DNA from: Alphaproteobacteria bacterium
GTDB taxonomy: Bacteria > Pseudomonadota > Alphaproteobacteria > UBA8366 > G965603855
Direction: 5' to 3'
Length of the DNA stretch: 64,000 bases
Assembly: GCA_965603855.1 (NCBI GenBank)
Contig: OZ272519.1
Coordinates: 3,957,833 to 4,021,832, forward strand
Under the pieces are notes generated by a model. The model saw nothing but the letters and a program-made list of their open reading frames with translations, had not been told where the DNA came from and did no database searches. Within the stretch, counting starts at the first letter, position 1; each line of letters starts with the position of its first letter. A program made the position numbers and the translations under genes. Of the stretch, positions 8,432-15,859 are shown piece by piece.

Positions 8432-8929
8432 ATGGATATGATGCGTGCGGGATCACGCAGGATCGAACGCATGGCGCAAAAAGACGATGACGACCGGGAC
8501 GATGTCTCCACCGTCGTACTGCGACGCAGGCTGCCTTGCACACCCGAGACGGCCTGGGAGGCGCTTACCGGCTCGGACTCGATCTCTAAATGGTGGGGCA
8601 CGTATGTCTCGCTCGACGCGCGGCCCGGCGGCGCCTTCAGGGAAGTCTGGCGCGACGGCGGACGCGACGTGGTGACGTCGGGAACGGTCGTCGGGTTCGC
8701 GCCGCCTCGCCGGCTGGAACTGACGTGGAAGGACGACGATTGGACGGTGGAGACCCGCGTCACCATTTCCCTTGCCGAAGAAGGCGGGTCGACGGCGCTC
8801 GAGCTGGTGCACGAAGGCTGGGACCGTTTTCCGGCCGAAGAAGGCGCAAGCCTGGGCCGGGCGCACGCGGCGGGCTGGGACCACCACTTGGACAGCCTTT
8901 CCGTCTATTTGGGCGACAGGTCGCCCTAG
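8432..8929 (+). CDS. SRPBCC/AHSA1-family protein
   Basis: 165-aa ORF. The pattern TPETAWEALTGSDSISKWWG ... LELTWKDDDW ... LELVHEGW is typical of the Aha1/START-like fold. The start could also be the ATG at 8471. Confidence 0.7.
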   Translation: MDMMRAGSRRIERMAQKDDDDRDDVSTVVLRRRLPCTPETAWEALTGSDSISKWWGTYVSLDARPGGAFREVWRDGGRDVVTSGTVVGFAPPRRLELTWKDDDWTVETRVTISLAEEGGSTALELVHEGWDRFPAEEGASLGRAHAAGWDHHLDSLSVYLGDRSP

Positions 8930-8949
8930 GTCGCCGACGGACCGCAGCC

Positions 8950-9549
8950 TTGACCGCCCGATCCTTCCTTCTTGCCGCAGGATTGATGGCGGCGTTCGTC
9001 GCCGGCGCAGAAGGCGCCTATGCCCAGCCGACGGCATTAGGCGCGGTCGATGCGGCGTCGGGAATCGCTTCGATGTTGAGGGGCGGCACGCCCCGCATGG
9101 CGACTTCGGGGGCTTCGCTGTTGCCGGGAGACCGGGTCGTCACCGGGCCGGGCGCGCGTCTCAGCCTTGCCATGGCGGACGGCTCGACGCTGTTCCTGGC
9201 CGCGGGCACCACCGTCCACCTTGCCGGGTCGGGCGTCTTCGACCTCCTGGCCGGAACCGTCAGGACCGTCCTGCCGTCCTCCGGCATCGCCGGCCGGGTC
9301 GATATCAGGTCGCCGGCGGCGTCGGCTTCCGCCACCGCCGCGGAATGGATCGTCGAGGCGACCGAGACGGATACAGCCGTCCATGCCCTGTCCGGCACGG
9401 TGGACGTCTCAGCGACCAAGGCAAAGCGCCGGGTCACGCTGGAGGCGGGGGTCGGGACCATGGTGTCGGCCGGCGCACCGCCACGCGCGCCCGAACGCTG
9501 GGATCCGCAGCGGCTTGCGCGCCTTCTGGACGCGACAGCACCGCCCTAG
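8950..9549 (+). CDS. Secreted FecR-domain protein
   Basis: In-frame part of track ORF 8590-9549. The upstream 360 nt overlap the SRPBCC gene in another frame. A TTG at 8950 gives LTARSFLLAAGLMAAFVAGAEGAYAQ (signal peptide). A FecR-like beta-rich block follows (GDRVVTGPGARLSLAMADGSTLFLAAGTTVHL). Start codon is uncertain. Confidence 0.6.
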   Translation: MTARSFLLAAGLMAAFVAGAEGAYAQPTALGAVDAASGIASMLRGGTPRMATSGASLLPGDRVVTGPGARLSLAMADGSTLFLAAGTTVHLAGSGVFDLLAGTVRTVLPSSGIAGRVDIRSPAASASATAAEWIVEATETDTAVHALSGTVDVSATKAKRRVTLEAGVGTMVSAGAPPRAPERWDPQRLARLLDATAPP

Positions 9550-9639
9550 GCCCTGCCGGAGGCCCGCATCAAATCTGGTTAACGCCGCAAGGGGATTAAC
9601 AGTCGGTTAAACCCAAACGGCGAGAATAGCCGGTAGAGG

Positions 9640-11985
9640 GTGCGTATCGGCCAGTTGGCGGTCTCCGGGGGAAAAACGATCAGAACAGAAGCGGATTATT
9701 CGGTCCTCGACGCCCTGCGGGCGAACGTCGCGGTTCTGGACGCAAGCGGCCAGATCGTCGCGGTCAACGAAGGATGGCGCCGCTATGCCCGCGACAATGG
9801 ATCCCGGGACGATACTTTTGGCGTCGGTCAGAACTACCTCGACGTCTGCGATGCCGCGCCCGGAACCGTGGATGAATCCTCTGCTGTCGCCGAGGGCATC
9901 CGCAAGGTCCTGGCACGCCAGTCCGCCTCGTTCTCCACGGTCTTCGACAGCTCCTCGCCGCACCAGCATCGATGGTTTCGATGCTGCGTGACGCCTTTCG
10001 CGCTGGGCGAAGAAGACGGCGCTCTGGTGGTTCACATGGAGGTCACCGAAGAGGTGCAGGACCTCCGCGAGGCGGCCGCGCGCAAGGATTCGCAGGCAAC
10101 TTGCCTTGAGAATATCGACCAGGGGATCTCGCACGTCGATCGCGACCTCAACGTCGTCACCTATAACAAACGGTTCCTGGAGATGCTGGGCTTCCCGGCC
10201 GATCGGTTCTCGCCCGGCGATCCGTTCGAGCGGTTCGTGCGCTTCAATGCCGAGCGCGGCGAGTATGGACCGGGCGACCCGGACAAGCAGGTGGCGGAAC
10301 GCATGGCGCTGGCGCGGAAGGCCGAGCCGCACCGCTTTGAAAGGGAACGCCCCGACGGCTCGACCATCGAAATCGTCGGCCGTCCGCTGGAGACCGGCGG
10401 CTTCGTGACGACCTACACGGACATCACGCACCTCAAGCAGCAGACCCTGCGGGTCGAGGAGAACGTCGCGCTGTTGCAACGGATCACCGCGAACCTGCCG
10501 GGCGTTGTGTTCAGGCTGGTGCGCGCCGGCGAGGAACGGATCGAGGTGGCCTATTGCAGCGAAGGCATCCGCAACCTGGTGGGCCTGACGACGACCGAAG
10601 CCATGCAGGATTCCGACGCCCTGTTCAACGTCATCCACACGGAAGACCGCGAGATCTGGCGCGATGCGATGCGCCAATCGGCGGCATCCCTCGATCGGTT
10701 CGACGTGGAATTCCGTGTCCGCGATACGGCTGGCGGCCTCAAATGGGTACGCACCATCGCGCGGGCCCGCAGGGCGGCCGACGGAAGCATCGTCTGGGAC
10801 GGGATCAGCCTGGACATCTCGGACCGCAAGGCCGCAGAGATGGCGATCCTCATCAGCGAACAGCGGTTCCGCGACATCGCAGACGTGGCCTCGGACTGGA
10901 TCTGGGAAACCGACGACAAACTGCGGTTCACCTATCTATCCGACCGTTGGGCCGAGGTGACCGGTCTGGACCCGACTTGCGTGCTTGGAAAAACGCGGCG
11001 TGAACTGGGCTGGGCGGATCCCGACGACGAGAAATGGCAGCAGCATTTCGCCGACCTGGCGGCGCGCCGCCCGTTCCGGGATTTCCAGTACACGTTCCTG
11101 ACGGCGGGCGGCCGGCCGATGCACTGGTCGATCAGCGGCATCCCGATCGTCGACGAGCACGGCATCTTCCAAGGCTACCGCGGCACCGGGACCGACATCA
11201 CCGCCGTGGTCGAATCCGCGCTGGCCGAACACCGCGCGCGTGAACAGGCGGAACTGGCCAACCGGTCGAAGTCGGAGTTCCTGGCGACGATGAGCCATGA
11301 ACTGCGCACCCCGTTGAACGCGATCCTGGGCTTTTCCGAAGTCATCATGAAAGGCATATACGGCCCGGTATCGCCGGCTTCCTATGGCGACTATGCCGAA
11401 GGCATTCACGAGAGCGGCCAGCACCTGTTGAGCCTGATCAACGAAATCCTCGACCTGTCGAAGATCGAGGCTGGCAAGTTCGAACTGCACGAAGAGGAAA
11501 TCCACCTCGACGAGGTAATCGACGCTTCGGTCCAGGTCGTCCGCGACCGGATCGAGGCCGGCAAGCTGCGGCTCGACCTGGCAATCGCCCAAGGCATCCC
11601 GCCCATTCACGCAGACGGACGCGCCCTGAAACAGGTCCTGATCAACCTGTTGTCGAACGCCGTCAAATTCACGCCCGAACTGGGCCGGATTACGATCGGC
11701 GCCGATATCGTCCCGTCGGGCGACCTCAAGCTTTCGATCGCCGACACCGGCATCGGGATCGCCGAGGGCGATCTGCCGGGGATCGTCGAACCGTTCCAGC
11801 AGGTGGAGAACACCATCGCCCGGCGCCACGAGGGCACCGGCCTCGGCCTGCCGATCGTCAAGTCGCTGGTCGAACTGCACGGCGGTCGCATCGAAATCGA
11901 AAGCGTCGTCGACCGGGGCACCGTCGTCACGATGCATCTGCCCGCCTACCGGCTGGTCACCAGCCCCCAGGCCGCCAGCGGCTGA
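9640..11985 (+). CDS. Cytoplasmic multi-PAS (about four PAS) sensor histidine kinase
   Basis: 781-aa ORF with a GTG start. About four PAS-like segments are followed by the H-box NRSKSEFLATMSHELRTPLNAILGF. ATPase N/G boxes are present (LINLLSNAVKF, DTGIGI, GTGLGLPIV). No TM helix and no receiver. Confidence 0.9.
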   Translation: MRIGQLAVSGGKTIRTEADYSVLDALRANVAVLDASGQIVAVNEGWRRYARDNGSRDDTFGVGQNYLDVCDAAPGTVDESSAVAEGIRKVLARQSASFSTVFDSSSPHQHRWFRCCVTPFALGEEDGALVVHMEVTEEVQDLREAAARKDSQATCLENIDQGISHVDRDLNVVTYNKRFLEMLGFPADRFSPGDPFERFVRFNAERGEYGPGDPDKQVAERMALARKAEPHRFERERPDGSTIEIVGRPLETGGFVTTYTDITHLKQQTLRVEENVALLQRITANLPGVVFRLVRAGEERIEVAYCSEGIRNLVGLTTTEAMQDSDALFNVIHTEDREIWRDAMRQSAASLDRFDVEFRVRDTAGGLKWVRTIARARRAADGSIVWDGISLDISDRKAAEMAILISEQRFRDIADVASDWIWETDDKLRFTYLSDRWAEVTGLDPTCVLGKTRRELGWADPDDEKWQQHFADLAARRPFRDFQYTFLTAGGRPMHWSISGIPIVDEHGIFQGYRGTGTDITAVVESALAEHRAREQAELANRSKSEFLATMSHELRTPLNAILGFSEVIMKGIYGPVSPASYGDYAEGIHESGQHLLSLINEILDLSKIEAGKFELHEEEIHLDEVIDASVQVVRDRIEAGKLRLDLAIAQGIPPIHADGRALKQVLINLLSNAVKFTPELGRITIGADIVPSGDLKLSIADTGIGIAEGDLPGIVEPFQQVENTIARRHEGTGLGLPIVKSLVELHGGRIEIESVVDRGTVVTMHLPAYRLVTSPQAASG

Positions 11986-12046
11986 TCCCGCCGCCCCACA
12001 GCATAGGGGCTCCACGTCGGCGCCAACTGCTCTAGACTGAGGCGCG

Positions 12047-14440
12047 ATGTCGATCCCCGAGGCGACAGCATTTCAGGGACGAACCGGGTGCCGGCTGGAT
12101 TTCGCCTTGGCCGCGGGTGGGCGCGTGTGCCTGTACCTCCTGCGACCGGACCTTGTCCGGGTCCTGTTCCTGCCGATCGACGCGCCCCGCCTTCCGCACA
12201 CTTGGTCGATCGCGCCCGACGGCGAAGACGTCCCCTGGGAAGGGCGGCCGCGGATGGACGATCTCGGCGCCCCCGGCCCGGACCTCGAAACCGAGGAAAC
12301 GGACGGCGGCCTGCGCATCCGGACGGAAACGCTGTGCCTGGACATCCATTACAGCCCCTTCCACATCGCCTGGTCGGGCAGGGACAAGGACACGGAGGCG
12401 CCGCTGGAATTCGCGCGCGACAGGGTCAGCGAGCCTTACCGGCTGGATGAAGACGGGTCGGTCTTCCACGCGTTGGTCCGGGCGCCCGGCGACAGGATCT
12501 ACGGGCTTGGCGAAAAAACCGGCGCGCTGAACCGGGCCGGGCGGCGTTTCCGCATGCTGGGCCTGGACGCGCTGAACTACGATGCGGCAACCACCGACCC
12601 GCTTTACAAGCACATCCCTTTCACCATCACCAAGGACGCGCGCACGGGGCTTGCATACGGGTTGTTCTACGACAACCCGGCAGCGGCGGTCTTCGACCTT
12701 GGGTGCGAAATCGACAACTACCGCGGGCCCTACCGCTATTACGAGGCCGAGGGCGGCGACCTCGACTATTACCTGGTGTTCGGGCCCGCCGTCCGCGACG
12801 TGGTCGCCAAGTTTGCCGGCCTGACCGGGCGCATGACCTTGGGACCGAAATGGAGCCTTGGTTTCTGCGGTTCGGCCATGAACATCGCCGAGGTGGACCG
12901 CGCGGACGACGCCATTCTGGATTTCGCCGAGGAATGCGACGCACGTGGCATCCCGTGCGAGGCTTTCCAGCTTTCCTCGGGCTACAGTGCCGCCGCGGAC
13001 CGGCGCCACGTCTTCAACTGGAACCACCGGCGGTTTCCCGACCCGCCGGCGTTCAGCGCCGCCCTGCGACAGCGCGGAATCAAGGTCTGCGCCAATATCA
13101 AGCCCTGTCTCTTGACCGACCATCCGCGTTATTCCGAGGCGGCGGAACGGGACCTCTTCATCCGGCGCGGCGACGGCAGCGGGCCCTGCCGGTCGGCATT
13201 CTGGGGCGGCGACGGGTCCTATCTGGACTTCACCAACGCGGCGACGGTTGCCTGGTGGAAACAGCAGGTCACCGCCCATCTCCTGGATCACGGCATCGCG
13301 GCGACCTGGAACGACAACAACGAGTACGAGGTGTGGGACCGGTCCGCCACCTGTCACGGCTTTGGCACGGCAATACCGGCCAGCCTTGTCCGTCCGATCC
13401 AGGGCCTTCTGATGACCCGCGCTTCCTGCGAGGCACAGGCCGAGCATGCACCCGAGGCAAGGCCGCACGTGGTTTCGCGGTCGGCGTGGCCGGGCCTGCA
13501 GCGATACGCCCAGACCTGGACCGGCGACAACGGCACCTCCTGGCGGACGCTCAAATACAACACCCGCATGGGTCTCGGCCTCAGCCTCAGCGGACAGTTC
13601 AATATCGGCCACGACGTCGGCGGTTTCGCCGGGCCGCCGCCCGATCCGGAACTGCTGGTCCGCTGGGTTCAGAACGGGATCTTTCATCCGCGCTTCGTGA
13701 TCCACTCCTGGAACGACGACGGCTCGGATACCCTGCCATGGATGCATGCGGAAGTTGCCGGCATCGTGCGCGACGCGATCCAGCTCCGATACCACCTGAT
13801 GCCGTATCTCTACACGCTGTATCACCGCGCCCATCGCGACCACCAGCCGATCGTCCGCCCGACCTTCTACGACTTCGAGGAGGATCCGCGGACGTTCGAG
13901 GAAAACGACGACTTCATGCTGGGCGACCAGCTTCTGATCGCCTCGGTGGTGGAACCTGGGGCGGTGGAGCGGACGGTCTATCTGCCGAAGGGCCCTGACG
14001 GCTGGGTCGATATCAACCGCGGCACCTGGTACGGCAGCGGCAAGACGGTGACGCTGCAGGCGCCCTTGGACGTGGTGCCGGTTCTGGCCCGGGACGGCGC
14101 AATCCTGCCGATGAACGCCAACCCGCACCCCGTCTCGCCGATGGAGGACACGGACCGCATGCTGTGGGTCTTTCCGCACCGCCGCGAGGGGCGCAGCACC
14201 TTCCGACTGTACGAGGACGACGGCGAGACCGTTGCCCACCGCCGCGGGCACTTCTGCGAGGTTGAGATTGCGATGGAATCGACGCCTGACCACGTGCAGT
14301 TGTTCGCCCATCGCGAAGGTGTCTTCGAACCCGGCTATTCCCAGTTCACAATCGTTCTACCGGCGTACGAAAGGCGACCGATCCGACTTAACGGATGGCC
14401 CGTAGACCCTATATCCGACGCGTTGGTGTTGACCTTCTGA
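12047..14440 (+). CDS. Glycoside hydrolase family 31 (alpha-glucosidase/alpha-xylosidase type)
   Basis: 797-aa ORF. GH31 signature region YAQTWTGDNGTSWRTLKYN ... GHDVGGF ... RWVQNGIFHPRFVIHSW. Confidence 0.9.
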   Translation: MSIPEATAFQGRTGCRLDFALAAGGRVCLYLLRPDLVRVLFLPIDAPRLPHTWSIAPDGEDVPWEGRPRMDDLGAPGPDLETEETDGGLRIRTETLCLDIHYSPFHIAWSGRDKDTEAPLEFARDRVSEPYRLDEDGSVFHALVRAPGDRIYGLGEKTGALNRAGRRFRMLGLDALNYDAATTDPLYKHIPFTITKDARTGLAYGLFYDNPAAAVFDLGCEIDNYRGPYRYYEAEGGDLDYYLVFGPAVRDVVAKFAGLTGRMTLGPKWSLGFCGSAMNIAEVDRADDAILDFAEECDARGIPCEAFQLSSGYSAAADRRHVFNWNHRRFPDPPAFSAALRQRGIKVCANIKPCLLTDHPRYSEAAERDLFIRRGDGSGPCRSAFWGGDGSYLDFTNAATVAWWKQQVTAHLLDHGIAATWNDNNEYEVWDRSATCHGFGTAIPASLVRPIQGLLMTRASCEAQAEHAPEARPHVVSRSAWPGLQRYAQTWTGDNGTSWRTLKYNTRMGLGLSLSGQFNIGHDVGGFAGPPPDPELLVRWVQNGIFHPRFVIHSWNDDGSDTLPWMHAEVAGIVRDAIQLRYHLMPYLYTLYHRAHRDHQPIVRPTFYDFEEDPRTFEENDDFMLGDQLLIASVVEPGAVERTVYLPKGPDGWVDINRGTWYGSGKTVTLQAPLDVVPVLARDGAILPMNANPHPVSPMEDTDRMLWVFPHRREGRSTFRLYEDDGETVAHRRGHFCEVEIAMESTPDHVQLFAHREGVFEPGYSQFTIVLPAYERRPIRLNGWPVDPISDALVLTF

Positions 14441-14459
14441 TTGGAACTGGGACACGGCC

Positions 14460-15806
14460 ATGTCGGAAGCCGGCGCAGATACCGAGAGGACGGACAGCGA
14501 TCTCGCCCTCACCCTCGATCGGGCCGAACAGGCGGGATTGCGCGTCCTGCTGTTGGGCAAGATGCTTGCCGTCGTCATCATTGCCGGGTGGTTCCTGGTC
14601 TCGCGCTCGTATCCGGTCACGCTTTACGCGGGCCTGCTCGCAGCCGCCGTCGCCGCGATCAGCTATTTCCAGTACCGCCTGATCGGGACCGCCGCCGACC
14701 GCTGGTGGACGCGATATGCGTTCATGACGATCGACGTGTTGCTGATCGTAGGTGCCGTCGTCTTCGGCCTGCCGGCCCGGGGCGCCGACCTCCCACCGAT
14801 CTTCGCGTTCCGGATCGACGCCTTCAATCTGGTCTATCTCGCGCCGGCCGTCGCGGCCTTGAGTTTCTCGCCGGGCCTGGTGATCTGGGCGGGCGTTGTG
14901 GGCGCGGCCGCGTGGTGGGCGGCCTTCTTCTGGGCGATCTCGGGCATGGACCCGGCGGCGATGCTGAACTGGGGCGACATTCCACAGCCGCCGACCCTGG
15001 CGGGCTACGTCGAGGTGTATCTCAGTCCGAACTTCGTCGGCTACGGCAGCCGCGCGCAGGAGACCGTCGCGTTGGTCACGGTCGCGCTGATCCTGGCATT
15101 TGCCGTCCATCGCGCGCGCGGCACGCTGCGGGCGCGGGCCGAGGCGGAACAAGCGCGCGACAGGGTCACCCAGACCTTCGGGCAGTACGTGCCCGAGGCG
15201 GTGGCAGAGGCCCTGATCGCCGACCGCGGGGTTCTGGCGCCGAGAAAACGGCAGGCCACGGTCCTGTTTCTGGACATCGAAGGCTTCACGCGGCTGTCGG
15301 AACCGCAGCCGCCGGAACGCGTGCTGGCGATGCTGAACAGCTTCTTCGAATCCGTGGCAGACGTGATCGCCCGAAACAACGGCGTGATCATCCAGTTCCT
15401 GGGAGACGCCTTGATGGCGACCTACAACGTGCCGCTGGAAGACCCGCGCCACGCCGCGAACGCGGTCCGCAGCGCGGCAGACATCGAAGCGCTGGTGGCA
15501 ACGACCTCCTTCGGGGGCGAACGCCTGCGCGTCCGCATCGGGCTGAACACGGGCGAGGTCGCCGCCGGCAGCGTGGGCGGCGGCCAGCGCCAGTCCTACA
15601 CAGTCTACGGCGATACGGTTAATCTTGCCGCACGGCTGGAAGGGATGAACAAGCAGCACGGAACGCGGGTGCTGTTGTCGCACAGCACGGCCGACGCGGC
15701 AGGCGATGCGGTGCCGCTGAAACCGGTCGGCACCGTTCCGGTCCGCGGCAAGGAGCAGCCGGTTGAGATCTTTACCCTGGACGGGCCGGTACCGCCGAGC
15801 GCCTGA
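14460..15806 (+). CDS. Class III adenylate/guanylate cyclase with N-terminal 6-TM domain
   Basis: 448-aa ORF with six hydrophobic helices in the first ~215 aa. The cyclase core follows: ATVLFLDIEGFT, FLGDALMATYN, GLNTGEVAAGSVG, YTVYGDTVNLAARLE. Confidence 0.9.
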   Translation: MSEAGADTERTDSDLALTLDRAEQAGLRVLLLGKMLAVVIIAGWFLVSRSYPVTLYAGLLAAAVAAISYFQYRLIGTAADRWWTRYAFMTIDVLLIVGAVVFGLPARGADLPPIFAFRIDAFNLVYLAPAVAALSFSPGLVIWAGVVGAAAWWAAFFWAISGMDPAAMLNWGDIPQPPTLAGYVEVYLSPNFVGYGSRAQETVALVTVALILAFAVHRARGTLRARAEAEQARDRVTQTFGQYVPEAVAEALIADRGVLAPRKRQATVLFLDIEGFTRLSEPQPPERVLAMLNSFFESVADVIARNNGVIIQFLGDALMATYNVPLEDPRHAANAVRSAADIEALVATTSFGGERLRVRIGLNTGEVAAGSVGGGQRQSYTVYGDTVNLAARLEGMNKQHGTRVLLSHSTADAAGDAVPLKPVGTVPVRGKEQPVEIFTLDGPVPPSA

Positions 15807-15859
15807 AACAAACGCAGGTCAATTACCCCGCAGCAACAGGCCTTACACTGGAAGGCGCT

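Noticed and set aside
12032-14311. 759-aa minus-strand ORF antisense to the GH31 gene. Similar long ORFs occur at 15605-17953 (-), 9607-10677 (-), 10936-12015 (-), 19251-20858 (+), 42611-44596 (-), 50656-52032 (+), 52429-54246 (+), 54326-55549 (+) and 55946-57103 (-).
   Set aside because: Each lies opposite to, or out of frame with, a gene that has clear family motifs. Their translations are Arg/Gly/Pro/Ala-rich low-complexity strings with no motifs. Stop-poor antisense frames are expected at this GC content.
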